Shown here piece by piece: positions 1 to 9,482 of a stretch of DNA of 57,182 bases; position 1 is the first letter of the stretch; each line of letters opens with the position of its first letter. Below the pieces are notes generated by a model. The model had not been told where the DNA came from and ran no database searches. It saw only the letters and a list, made by a program, of their open reading frames with translations. The stretch is from sequence record DRR378314_1779. One strand, given 5' to 3'. The position numbers were made by a program, and so were the translations under genes.

Positions 1-1300
1 AATCAATAACTAACGAGCCAGAATCCGATGACGTTACGAAAAAGGTGATGATGAGTAATACTGTCAGGAAGCTCAAGATACTGGTCATAGGCAGGTTTTC
101 GTAGAGCTTAAATAGTGCTATTGCCTGGTTATCCTGAACTTCTGAAATTAAGGTGGTGTAACCCTCGTTCATGATCATATTTAGTGCTGTGTCACCGAAT
201 ACAGCAAACCAGAAGAAGGTGAATATAGTTGGTACCAGCATAACGCCAAAAACAAATTGGCGAATAGTGCGGCCGCGGCTGATTTTGGCAATAAATAAGC
301 CGACAAAAGGTGCCCAGGCGATAGTCCAGCCAAATATGAATAAAGTCCAGTTACCTATCCAGTCACTGCGCTCATAGGCTTGTAAGTTGAAAGTGCGCTC
401 GACAATGCCACTCAAATACGCGCCAGTATTTTGCAGGAAGGTTTCCAGAATATGGATAGTAGGCCCAACAGCAAAAACAAACAGAACCAGGAACAGGACT
501 AAAGCTATATTGATCAAAGATAATCGTTTAATTCCTTTATCCATGCCTGCAACTACTGAAGCAATTGCGGCCAAGGTAATAATGCCAATAGCGATAACCT
601 GAACCGTGGTTCCGACCGGAATGTCTTCCCACAAATAGTTGAGACCGGCATTAATTTGAATAACCGAAAGCCCTAACGTGGTGGCAATGCCGAACATGGT
701 GCCGAGAATGGCGAAGGTATCAATAGTATGCCCAATGGGGCCATTAATTTTATCACCGATGAGTGGGTACAAGGTTGAGCGCATGGTGAGCGGTAAGCCG
801 TGGCGAAATGAAAAATAGGCCAGAACCAAACCGACCAGGCCGTAAATTGCCCAAATGTGAAAGCCCCAGTGAAAATAAGCGATTTGCATCGCCTGTTTAG
901 CTGAGCCGACGGTTTCAGCCGCACCAGCCGGGGGCTCGGCATAATGTAGTATGGGCTCAGAGACACCAAAAAAGAGTAAGGCTATGCCATAACCTGCTGA
1001 AAAGAGCATCGCAAACCAAGAGGTGAAACTGTATTCGGGTTCGCAATGATCGGGGCCGAGTTTAATTTTCCCCCAGCTTGAAACACCCACGCCAATAATG
1101 AACATGAGGAAAAGTGCGACGGCTAACATGTAGAACCAACCGAAATTTTCGGTAATACCAGCAAGAGTCCAGCTAAACAGCTCGCCGGCTTTTTCCGGGG
1201 CACTTAAAGTGCCTACAACCAGTAAAGCTATAACGATAACCGCAGGAAGAAAGACAGGCAGTAAAATCGCTGAATGCCACTTTCGCTTCTCGGTCGACAT
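1..1300 (-). CDS. BCCT-family (betaine/choline/carnitine) transporter, 3' end outside window
   Basis: Not in the ORF track because it runs off the edge. Translated by hand from ATG at 1300 (RBS AGGAG just upstream): MSTEKRKWHSAILLPVF...WGKIKLGP...WFAMLFSAGYGIALLFFG...FHWGFHIWAIYG...WTLFIFGWTIAWAPFVGLFIAKISRGRTIRQF, which are BCCT signature segments. Confidence 0.93.
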   Translation of the reverse strand, partial: MSTEKRKWHSAILLPVFLPAVIVIALLVVGTLSAPEKAGELFSWTLAGITENFGWFYMLAVALFLMFIIGVGVSSWGKIKLGPDHCEPEYSFTSWFAMLFSAGYGIALLFFGVSEPILHYAEPPAGAAETVGSAKQAMQIAYFHWGFHIWAIYGLVGLVLAYFSFRHGLPLTMRSTLYPLIGDKINGPIGHTIDTFAILGTMFGIATTLGLSVIQINAGLNYLWEDIPVGTTVQVIAIGIITLAAIASVVAGMDKGIKRLSLINIALVLFLVLFVFAVGPTIHILETFLQNTGAYLSGIVERTFNLQAYERSDWIGNWTLFIFGWTIAWAPFVGLFIAKISRGRTIRQFVFGVMLVPTIFTFFWFAVFGDTALNMIMNEGYTTLISEVQDNQAIALFKLYENLPMTSILSFLTVLLIITFFVTSSDSGSLVID

Positions 1301-1439
1301 AAAAGCTCCTGTTTTTATTATGATTTATTTATATATAGACTACTTAAAAAGATTTGTAATGGGTCACTTTGCATTTATTTGCTGTTTAGTTTCTGGTCTG
1401 TGAGTTAATATTGCGGCGTATGTTTATCGATAATGAGTT

Positions 1440-2618
1440 ATGTTGCAATTTATGGATCATGAGAAACAACTGGTTAATCTTGAACATTTAGCAAACTCGG
1501 TACCGGGGGCGCTATACCAGCTTGAACGCTCACCGGACGGGCAATTGAAATTTAATTATGTCAGTCAGGGCGTTGAGGCTATTTTTGGATGCTCGGCTGA
1601 GTCACTGGCAAATGACGTGACATTGCTGAGTGAAATTATTCATCCCGACGACTTACAATCTGTTTTGAGCAGTATGCATAACTCTGCCCGCTATCAATAT
1701 TTGTGGGTGAAAGAGTATCGGGTGATTAAAAATGGCAGAGTTAGCTGGATATATGGGCACGCAGTAACCAGTCAACAGGCCGACGGCAGTACGCTCTGGA
1801 ATGGACAGATGCTGGACATTACTGAGAGAAAAATGCTGGAGCTGAAAGTTGAAGAAAACCAGCGCAATTTAATGCTTGCTGAGCGAGTTGCCGGGCTCGG
1901 GCATTGGCAGCTTGATTTAGAAACCGGGCAGTCGCAGTGGTCGGATACCATGTACAGTTTACATGGTTTGGACAAGTCCAGGGTAACGCCCTCATTAGCC
2001 CTGACTTTAGAAAGAACTCATCCCGAAGACAGACAAGCGGTAACCGACGCAATTAATGCCGTTAAACAGTCTGGCGCGAGAGATGTCGAGCATCGTATTA
2101 TGCTTGGCGACGGTGAAATCCGATGGTTACGGCAGTCGGGGATTTATCGCATTGACGAAGCCGGGCGTGAAATTATTTTTGGTACCACGCAGAATATTAC
2201 CGACTATAAAGAACTTGAGCTCAAGCTCAGGGAAACCGGTGGCAATGACGAGCACACCGGATTTTATAATCGACGGCTTATGCTGCAGTCTCTGCAACGG
2301 CGCTTTAGTTTATACCAGGCTCATTCTGAGCATCAGTATTATGTCATGGTCGTGCGCGTTGCAAATAACGCAGAAACGTTAAAAGCCGTCAGCAAAATTG
2401 TCCGTCAGAACATTCAGGATTACGACACTCCGGGTTGCTTAGGAAAAGGAATTATCGTTGTACTCATGTCAACGCTGTCAGCAGAGCAAAATAAGAATTG
2501 CCTGCAGGCTACCCGGCAGTTGTTAGAGCAGCACGGCATTGAGCATAAAATAGCGTTGGAATCTGCACAAATAACAGATCTGAGGTTTGACGATGTGTTA
2601 TTACGTGCGTTGAATTAA
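1440..2618 (+). CDS. Two PAS domains plus a degenerate GGDEF-like domain
   Basis: Two PAS/PAC repeats (IHPDD...EYRV...WI...DITERK; THPEDR...EHRI...RWL...NITDYK). The C-terminal DEHTGFYNRR is a GGDEF entry motif, but the catalytic loop reads GKGII. The true start could be Met5 (1452). Confidence 0.8.
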   Translation: MLQFMDHEKQLVNLEHLANSVPGALYQLERSPDGQLKFNYVSQGVEAIFGCSAESLANDVTLLSEIIHPDDLQSVLSSMHNSARYQYLWVKEYRVIKNGRVSWIYGHAVTSQQADGSTLWNGQMLDITERKMLELKVEENQRNLMLAERVAGLGHWQLDLETGQSQWSDTMYSLHGLDKSRVTPSLALTLERTHPEDRQAVTDAINAVKQSGARDVEHRIMLGDGEIRWLRQSGIYRIDEAGREIIFGTTQNITDYKELELKLRETGGNDEHTGFYNRRLMLQSLQRRFSLYQAHSEHQYYVMVVRVANNAETLKAVSKIVRQNIQDYDTPGCLGKGIIVVLMSTLSAEQNKNCLQATRQLLEQHGIEHKIALESAQITDLRFDDVLLRALN

Positions 2619-3883
2619 TTTAACGGCTTACCCGTTGGCGAGTTATCGATACTCCAGTCTTGCGCCTTACCCATGGAATTTATGGGTAATTGCTCTCCAA
2701 AGCTAATTCGCTCCGGTATTTCCGCAGCGCAGAGGTTGTCACTTAACCAGGTTTGAACACTTTGTTCAGTTACCGTTTCACTAATATTCTCCTGTAAAAC
2801 AATAAAGGCCTTCAGTCCATAGCCTTCGTCGGATCTCATCGGGCGTACCGTTGCATCGGCAACTGCCGGGTGTTGACGCAGACACTTAGCAATATGAGCC
2901 GGGAACACATTGATTCCTCGTATCGAAACCGCCTTGTCGACTCGTCCGGTGATTTGGAATTCATCCTCTGTATGCCACTGGGTATTATCTGGTATTTCGT
3001 AAATAACCTTTGTTTTCTTATCAATTAGCTGCTGATGGTTTTCTGTATTTCTGCGCCAGCGGGATAACAAACGGTAGTTGTTTTCTGGTTTACTCCGGTA
3101 AGCCATACCTGCAGTTTCAGAGCTACCATAAATTTCGACAGTGCGTGCTGCTCCTATGGCATATAACTGGTGCGAGGTACTGCCAGGGCACGGTCCGGCA
3201 GAGCTAATAAAAAGTACTCCGGGTGGTAATGGCGGCATCTCCGACGATAACTGAGTGAGCAATTCAGGGAAACCGACAACGACATCTCCGGCACGTAAGC
3301 CACCGTTGCGAACGTGGCTATAAGCTTTAAAACCACGCAAAACCGGCGCATCGACAAGATGTGACAACAATACGGTAAACAGAAATCCATAAATATGGTG
3401 GCTTGGCACTAAAGCGACAATACGAACTGGAGATAACTCATAATCGTTGTCAAAGATACGGACAAACTCTCTCACTTCCTCAACTAATGCACTCCATGAA
3501 TGCTCGCAGGCTTTGGGTTGGCCGGTGCTGCCGGAAGTGGTAACTGTCAAGTTTTGGGTGTGAACTTGCCGCGATTTCAGAACAACTTCAGCCCATTCAG
3601 CCAGACTGTTACGGCGCAGAAGGTAATCTTCTACTCCGCTGTCCCCCATATGAAAGAACTGAACTACCCGGCCAGCTAAGGCCAGTCGTTCCAGCGAATC
3701 AACTACAACGTCATCCTCGCCATTGTCTTTGGTTGACTTGTGTTTTGCCACTAACGTGTCGTCTTCATGCCATTGGCGACGCTTCCAGTACTCACTTTCA
3801 GCCGGACGCATACGCGCAAGTTCATCGGCGATAAGATCGCCTATGACAGTAACAATAAGGTGCTGCTGAAGTGAGTCTGTCAC
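2615..3883 (-). CDS. pcl: p-coumarate:CoA ligase, PYP-activation family
   Basis: ANL adenylation motifs TTSGSTGQPK, YGSSET, GRVD and PINSMGK. GTG start 1 nt after the pyp stop. Confidence 0.9.
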   Translation of the reverse strand: MTDSLQQHLIVTVIGDLIADELARMRPAESEYWKRRQWHEDDTLVAKHKSTKDNGEDDVVVDSLERLALAGRVVQFFHMGDSGVEDYLLRRNSLAEWAEVVLKSRQVHTQNLTVTTSGSTGQPKACEHSWSALVEEVREFVRIFDNDYELSPVRIVALVPSHHIYGFLFTVLLSHLVDAPVLRGFKAYSHVRNGGLRAGDVVVGFPELLTQLSSEMPPLPPGVLFISSAGPCPGSTSHQLYAIGAARTVEIYGSSETAGMAYRSKPENNYRLLSRWRRNTENHQQLIDKKTKVIYEIPDNTQWHTEDEFQITGRVDKAVSIRGINVFPAHIAKCLRQHPAVADATVRPMRSDEGYGLKAFIVLQENISETVTEQSVQTWLSDNLCAAEIPERISFGEQLPINSMGKAQDWSIDNSPTGKPLN

Positions 3884-3884
3884 T

Positions 3885-4262
3885 TTATAGTCGCTTAACG
3901 AATACCCAGTAGGTGTCGCCGGTTAAAGCTTTTTTCATATGAACTTTAACTTTGGTCGGTTGCATTTCGTAGTCAAAAACATATTCAAACATGGTGTTTA
4001 AATTGCCGTTTTTAACGCCTTCGTCGAAGCGTCCTTTAAACTCAGGGCTGTTGGTGCATGGTGCCACTTCGTTAAAGAAGTTTTTGCCAACGACAGCACC
4101 CGGGTCACGACCGGTAATGTCACCTTCGGCGGCGTTGTATTGAATGATTTTACCGTTGGCGTCTAACTGAATAGCACCAAACGCAATGTCGTTTAATTTG
4201 TCGTCTGACATTTTAGCTAAGGTGTTTTCGATATCATCAGAACCGAATTGAACAATTTCCAT
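3885..4262 (-). CDS. pyp: Photoactive yellow protein
   Basis: 125 aa with Tyr42, Glu46, Thr50, Arg52, Cys69 ([10 protein letters not shown]), Phe96, Tyr98 and Met100 at the canonical PYP positions; ends YWVFVKRL. Confidence 0.98.
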   Translation of the reverse strand: MEIVQFGSDDIENTLAKMSDDKLNDIAFGAIQLDANGKIIQYNAAEGDITGRDPGAVVGKNFFNEVAPCTNSPEFKGRFDEGVKNGNLNTMFEYVFDYEMQPTKVKVHMKKALTGDTYWVFVKRL

Positions 4263-4344
4263 TGTGTTACCTCTAAGTACGAAATGTATGGGTTAATAGT
4301 GGAGCCCGAGACATTTAGATCATGTTTTCTTAACACTTCTTAAA

Positions 4345-4377
4345 GTGAAATTAACAACAAGCAGGTCTATACTTGCT
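4345..4377 (+). promoter_or_regulatory. Candidate sigma70 promoter for tetR with an overlapping imperfect palindrome (possible operator)
   Basis: GTGAAA(4345)-17 bp-TATACT(4368). AGCAGGT-CTAT-ACTTGCT (4360-4377; 6 of 7 arm positions match) covers the -10. Confidence 0.4.
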
Positions 4378-4405
4378 CCCAGGTAAATAATTAAGGATAA
4401 AAATA

Positions 4406-4996
4406 ATGCCCAGAACGCCTAAATTTCACCGGGAAACAGCGCTTAACAATGCGCTGAAGCTTTTCTGGCGCAAGGGGTACCACGCAACCTCTATGAAAGA
4501 CATAGAGGAAGAAATGGATATGAGGCCAGGAAGTATTTATGCTGCATTTGGCAATAAAGAAGCCTTATTTAAAGAGACCCTTGAAGAATACTCCTCTCTT
4601 GCAGAAGATGAGTTTAAGCAAGCCTTAGCGCAGAAATCTTCGGTGCTGCAGGGAATAAGTTTGTACCTTCGTAACATTGCGGTAATGACAGAGACCTGTG
4701 CACCAACTCAGGCGTGTATGCTGGTAAAAACCTTGCTGGAATTTACGCCGGAAGACAAAGCGTTTAGCGAGCCTGTACAAAGTTATCTTGATAAATTTGA
4801 ACAGCTTTTTACAGAGGCGTTTCAGCAGGCGCAGCAGCGTGGAGAAATCGGTAGTTCGCAGTCTCCTGAACGTCTGGGGCTTTTATTACAGACGAATATT
4901 ATTGGTTTGCGCACCATGGCCAGGCGAGAAATTCCGCGGCAGCAGCTGGAAAGCTTAGCCGATGATATAATTGCGAGAATTATTCCCGCAAGTTAA
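4406..4996 (+). CDS. TetR/AcrR-family regulator (ComR/NemR-like)
   Basis: N-terminal HTH ALKLFWRKGYHATSMKDI...PGSIYAAFGNKEALF and a C-terminal CMLV segment. Confidence 0.9.
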   Translation: MPRTPKFHRETALNNALKLFWRKGYHATSMKDIEEEMDMRPGSIYAAFGNKEALFKETLEEYSSLAEDEFKQALAQKSSVLQGISLYLRNIAVMTETCAPTQACMLVKTLLEFTPEDKAFSEPVQSYLDKFEQLFTEAFQQAQQRGEIGSSQSPERLGLLLQTNIIGLRTMARREIPRQQLESLADDIIARIIPAS

Positions 4997-6188
4997 ACAG
5001 GCCACGGTAGCTATTAGGGTTAAATTGCCAGGTTATCAGCAAAATAAGAATGCCGACAATAATGTGTAACTGCCAGCCGAAACTGTAATTACCGGAAACG
5101 TCTCTGAACCATCCGGTTAATAACGGCATCAGGCTGGCAAACATAAAGCCAATACCCTGCATAAAAGAAACCAGGCGTCCTGCCTGCACAGGGTTATCGA
5201 TATGGTCCAGCGCCATAACAATGCATAGCGGGAAAGCGCCACCTAAGCCAAAGCCGCAAAGTGCCGACCATAGCCACGGAGCGTCGGTCGGAAACCAACT
5301 TAACCCCGCAAAGCCGGCCATTTGAATAAGTACGGCGGCTGTGAGCCATAACCGTCGGTCTTGTGTGCGCGATAGAGCCGGCAGCAGCAAAGCGCCGATA
5401 ACCTGAACCAGAGAAAACAGCGCCAGTAAATTCCCTGCTTTTTGTGCCGGCCAACCGAATTCACCATAAAAGGGTGCTATCCACGCAATAAATCCGGCGT
5501 ATCCTGCATTCACCAGGGCAAAATAAATACCCAGAAGCCAAGCCCGAGGGTAACGGTGAGCCCGCAGTAACAGGTGCCGGGGAGGAATGCTGGCAACCGG
5601 TGTGCGATTAAATGGTAAGTACCAAATAATCAGCACTATTGCCGCCAAAAGAGACCAGCTGCCTAGTGCCTGAAAGCGCTCAGGTAATAAATTGGCAGCC
5701 CATGGAGTCGCGACAGCACCTAGTGCCGCGCCGCCCATGAGTGCCGCAGACCAAAGGCCAGTGACCATGCCTAAGCGATTCAAATACTGTTGTTTGGTCA
5801 GTTCCGGAATAACGATATGCAGTAATGCAATGCCAACTCCGCCTACTAAAGCACTGGTAATCATGCTGGTGCTGGTCGGCTCAAATAGCCGGGTGATAAG
5901 GCCTGCGCACAGAATCAGCAAGCCCAGCCCAATACCTTGCCGGTAACCCAAAGCTGTCGTCACCCGCCCGGCAAATAAGGCCATTAAGCCAATCATTAGA
6001 ATGGGCAGTGTCGTTAACAGCGATATCTCACTGAAAGACAGGCCTGTGATGGTTTGTAGCTCATCGGTTAGTGGCCCTACGGATGTCAGCAAAGGGCGCA
6101 GATTAAGCCCTAGCAATACCAGTACGAGCAAGCCGAACAGCAGGGGGAATTTAGACGGTTTTGCGACAGGCGCCGATTGAGTCTGCAA
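4980..6188 (-). CDS. CynX-like MFS transporter
   Basis: LGLNLRPLLTSVGP N-terminal motif and about 12 hydrophobic segments. Start placed at TTG 6188 (GGTGG upstream); the ORF track starts at 6227. Confidence 0.82.
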   Translation of the reverse strand: MQTQSAPVAKPSKFPLLFGLLVLVLLGLNLRPLLTSVGPLTDELQTITGLSFSEISLLTTLPILMIGLMALFAGRVTTALGYRQGIGLGLLILCAGLITRLFEPTSTSMITSALVGGVGIALLHIVIPELTKQQYLNRLGMVTGLWSAALMGGAALGAVATPWAANLLPERFQALGSWSLLAAIVLIIWYLPFNRTPVASIPPRHLLLRAHRYPRAWLLGIYFALVNAGYAGFIAWIAPFYGEFGWPAQKAGNLLALFSLVQVIGALLLPALSRTQDRRLWLTAAVLIQMAGFAGLSWFPTDAPWLWSALCGFGLGGAFPLCIVMALDHIDNPVQAGRLVSFMQGIGFMFASLMPLLTGWFRDVSGNYSFGWQLHIIVGILILLITWQFNPNSYRGLFNLRE

Positions 6189-6302
6189 AGTAATACCACC
6201 AGTCCTTAAAAGCCATACTTTACTCAATTTTCATCGCGGTGTGAAACCGTGTTATTATTTCGCGCCAACAGTGATCGTCCGTTTTTTAAAAGAGAACCCG
6301 TT

Positions 6303-6935
6303 ATGACCGCGTCTCCGGTGTTAGGGAATTTGTTTATCATTGCGGCCCCGAGTGGCGCAGGGAAGTCGAGCCTGATTCGGGCTTTGTTGGAAAAGCATCC
6401 TGATCAGTCTATGCAGGTGTCTGTATCGTCCACCACTCGCGCTCCGCGTCCGGGAGAAGTACAGGGTGTTCATTATCACTTTCTCAGTACTGAAGAATTT
6501 GAACAACGTATTGATGCCGGTGAATTTTACGAATGGGCACGTGTATTTGGCAACTATTACGGCACTTCCCGTAAAGTTGTAGAGTCTTTATTGGCTGAAG
6601 GCAAAGACGTATTTCTGGATATTGACTGGCAGGGCGCTCAGCAGGTTCGTGAACACCACCCTGAAGTGCGTTCGGTTTTTATTGTTCCGCCCAGCCTGGA
6701 AATTCTGGAGGAACGTTTGCGTGTTCGCGGACAGGATTCCGACGAAGTTATTGCTGAGCGCATGGCAAAAGCTCAGGCAGAAATGTCGCATTATCATGAG
6801 TTTGACTATCTACTGGTAAATGATGACTTTAACAACAGTCTGGCATCGCTGGAGCATATCGTTTTAGCCCAGCGACAAAAAATGCCGCATCAGCAAATAA
6901 GATATTCAAGCGTATTGAAGGAATTACTTGGATAA
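6303..6935 (+). CDS. gmk: Guanylate kinase
   Basis: [11 protein letters not shown]-loop, [23 protein letters not shown]. Start moved to ATG 6303. Confidence 0.97.
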   Translation: MTASPVLGNLFIIAAPSGAGKSSLIRALLEKHPDQSMQVSVSSTTRAPRPGEVQGVHYHFLSTEEFEQRIDAGEFYEWARVFGNYYGTSRKVVESLLAEGKDVFLDIDWQGAQQVREHHPEVRSVFIVPPSLEILEERLRVRGQDSDEVIAERMAKAQAEMSHYHEFDYLLVNDDFNNSLASLEHIVLAQRQKMPHQQIRYSSVLKELLG

Positions 6936-6956
6936 TAGGCCTTAATTCCGTATAAT
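6928..6956 (+). promoter_or_regulatory. sigma70 promoter for rpoZ-spoT
   Basis: TTGGAT(6928)-17 bp-TATAAT(6951), overlapping the gmk stop. Confidence 0.65.
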
Positions 6957-7003
6957 TCTTAGCCTTTCGAAAAATACGACTCACGCTTTATTGGGAGTAA
7001 ACC

Positions 7004-7273
7004 ATGGCTCGCGTAACTGTAGAAGATGCTGTAGACCGTGTTGGTAACCGTTTTGATTTAATTTTGTTAGCCTCACGCCGCGCGCGTCAGCTGGCCAATG
7101 GTAAAGAGCCATTAGTTGAAACAAAAAACGAAAAACCAACTGTTATTGCTTTGCGTGAAATAGAGCAAGGCCTTATCGACAACGAACGTCTTGATATTGA
7201 AGACCAGGCGGCTCAAAAGCAGCAAGACGCTGAAGAACTGCGTGCGGTAGATGCACTACGCGGTATCGAATAA
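7004..7273 (+). CDS. rpoZ: RNA polymerase omega subunit
   Basis: [47 protein letters not shown]. Confidence 0.99.
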   Translation: MARVTVEDAVDRVGNRFDLILLASRRARQLANGKEPLVETKNEKPTVIALREIEQGLIDNERLDIEDQAAQKQQDAEELRAVDALRGIE

Positions 7274-7285
7274 AAGTTTCTGTTC

Positions 7286-7309
7286 GCCAACGGCATCAAT
7301 GCCGTTGGC
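7286..7309 (+). other. Perfect 10-bp intercistronic hairpin without a U-tract
   Basis: GCCAACGGCA-TCAA-TGCCGTTGGC between rpoZ and spoT. Confidence 0.7.
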
Positions 7310-7375
7310 AATTCCGTCAAATCCCCTTATTCTGAAAGTATATTCATAGTCCGGTATTATCCGGGGAGTTAACTG

Positions 7376-9481
7376 GTGTACTTATTTGAAGGCTTAAAGG
7401 CTCAGGTTAGTGAGTATCTTCCGTCCGAGCAGGTGGAACGTATTCGTGATGCCTTTGTTGTAGCAAACGAAGCCCACAGTTCGCAAAAACGCAGCAGCGG
7501 CGAGCCTTACATTACGCACCCGGTTGCGGTTGCAAGCCTGCTTGCTGACATGAGGCTGGATTGCGAAACCTTAATGGCGGCTTTACTCCATGACGTTATT
7601 GAAGATACTGAAACCAGCCGGGAAGATCTGGCCGAGCGTTTTGGGGCAACTGTTGCCAGTTTAGTAGAGGGCGTGTCTAAACTGGATAAGTTGCAGTTCA
7701 ACTCCAAAGAAGAAGCCCAGGCCGAAAACTACCGCAAGATGATTATGGCGATGGTGCAGGATATTCGGGTTATTCTGATTAAACTGGCTGACCGCACCCA
7801 TAACATGCGCACCATTCAGCATTTGCGCCCCGACAAACGCCGCCGTATTGCCCGTGAAACCTTAGAAATTTATGCACCTTTAGCGCACCGCCTGGGTATG
7901 CACGATATTAAAAATGAGCTGGAGCAACTGGGCTTCTGGGCGCTGTACCCCTGGCGTGGAAAATTGCTTGAGTCAGAAGTAAAACGTGCCCGCGGTAACC
8001 GTCGCGAGTTTACCGAGCGAGTGCAAAGCGAAATCAGTTCGCGCCTGGATGGTAACAATATTCAGGCACGGGTGTCTGGCCGTGAAAAGCATCTGCACAG
8101 CATTTACCGGAAAATGCAGGCCAAAGAAGTGAAGTTTGAACAGGTCATGGACATATACGCTTTCCGCGTCATTGTGGACAGTGTCGATACTTGTTACCGG
8201 GTTCTTGGGGCGCTGCACAATTTGTATAAGCCTATTGAAACGCGGTTTAAAGACTACATTGCTATTCCAAAGTCGAACGGTTATCAGTCGTTGCATACCT
8301 CTTTGAAAGGCCCTCACGGGGTGCCGGTAGAAATTCAGATTCGTACCGAAGAGATGGATCTGATGGCTGATCGCGGTGTCGCAGCGCATTGGATGTACAA
8401 ACAATCGGATGACTCCAGTACCACGGCTCAGGTGCGTGCGCGTAAGTGGATGCAAAGCTTGTTAGAGTTACAACAAAGTGCGGGTAACTCGTTTGAATTC
8501 ATTGAAAGCGTAAAGTCTGACTTATTCCCCGATGAAATATATGTGTTCAGTCCCGATGGCCGAATTACCGAATTACCTCAGGGCGCTACCGCGGTAGATT
8601 TTGCCTACGCTGTGCACACCGACGTTGGTAACACCTGTATTGGTGCGAGAGTTAACCATCGTACTTATTCGTTGAGTAAACCGCTGGAAACCGGGCAAAC
8701 GGTTGAGATAAAAACAGCACCTAACTCGCGGCCGAATATTGCTTGGTTAAACTTTGTGGTAACCGGTAAAGCCCGGGCTAAAATTCGCCAGTACCTGAAA
8801 AGTCAGGAAGCTGACGAAGCGCAACAGTTGGGTGAGCGCTTACTTCGCTCAGCACTCGGTCAGGTCAGTTACGATGAAATTCCAGAGTCGGAATTTAAGC
8901 GGGTATTGCAGGAAACAAAAATTGATAGCCGTGAGAATTTGCTGAAACAAATTGGGCTGGGCAATATGATGTCGGTGGCCATTGCGAAGCGGCTTTTAGG
9001 CGACTTACAGCCGATAAAAGATGACAACGCATCACAGAAAAGCCTCTCAATTAAAGGCGCAGAAGGTCTGCTGGTCAGTTTTGCCAAATGCTGTCGCCCC
9101 ATTCCGGGCGACGATATCATTGCCCATGTGAGTCCGGGTAAAGGTTTGGTTATTCATCGTCGTGAGTGTAAAAACGTTCGTGGCCATGAAGATGACCCGG
9201 GGCGTTACTTCCCGGTTGAGTGGGATAACAAACCCGAAGCCGAGTTTATTTCTGAAATTCGCATTGAAATTGTCAATAATCAGGGCGTGCTGGCTAAGTT
9301 AACATCGGCTATTGCAACCACGGGCTGCAATATTGATGGTCTGCAGACCGAAGAAATTGATGCCAACATTTATTTCATTGATGTGGCTTTAACGATAAAA
9401 AACCGTAAGCATTTAGCGGATGTGATCCGTCATATTCGCAAGATGCCGGATGTTCAGCGCGTGACGCGCTTAAGGAAGTAA
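7376..9481 (+). CDS. spoT: Bifunctional (p)ppGpp synthetase/hydrolase
   Basis: HD domain ([20 protein letters not shown]), synthetase ([20 protein letters not shown]), TGS and ACT domains; GTG start. Confidence 0.98.
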   Translation: MYLFEGLKAQVSEYLPSEQVERIRDAFVVANEAHSSQKRSSGEPYITHPVAVASLLADMRLDCETLMAALLHDVIEDTETSREDLAERFGATVASLVEGVSKLDKLQFNSKEEAQAENYRKMIMAMVQDIRVILIKLADRTHNMRTIQHLRPDKRRRIARETLEIYAPLAHRLGMHDIKNELEQLGFWALYPWRGKLLESEVKRARGNRREFTERVQSEISSRLDGNNIQARVSGREKHLHSIYRKMQAKEVKFEQVMDIYAFRVIVDSVDTCYRVLGALHNLYKPIETRFKDYIAIPKSNGYQSLHTSLKGPHGVPVEIQIRTEEMDLMADRGVAAHWMYKQSDDSSTTAQVRARKWMQSLLELQQSAGNSFEFIESVKSDLFPDEIYVFSPDGRITELPQGATAVDFAYAVHTDVGNTCIGARVNHRTYSLSKPLETGQTVEIKTAPNSRPNIAWLNFVVTGKARAKIRQYLKSQEADEAQQLGERLLRSALGQVSYDEIPESEFKRVLQETKIDSRENLLKQIGLGNMMSVAIAKRLLGDLQPIKDDNASQKSLSIKGAEGLLVSFAKCCRPIPGDDIIAHVSPGKGLVIHRRECKNVRGHEDDPGRYFPVEWDNKPEAEFISEIRIEIVNNQGVLAKLTSAIATTGCNIDGLQTEEIDANIYFIDVALTIKNRKHLADVIRHIRKMPDVQRVTRLRK

Positions 9482-9482
9482 T

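Noticed and set aside
171-1403. Short ORFs 171-377, 387-602, 673-969 and 1209-1403
   Set aside because: Antisense or off-frame shadows of the BCCT gene, which the ORF track missed because it is cut by the window edge.
1406-1433. Possible sigma28 promoter (TAAT...ATCGATAA) before the PAS gene
   Set aside because: Both elements mismatch consensus and the -10 is too close to the annotated ATG.
6189-6302. ORF-track N-terminal extensions of the CynX-like gene (6227) and gmk (6249)
   Set aside because: They would leave almost no room for divergent promoters, and family similarity begins at the downstream starts.
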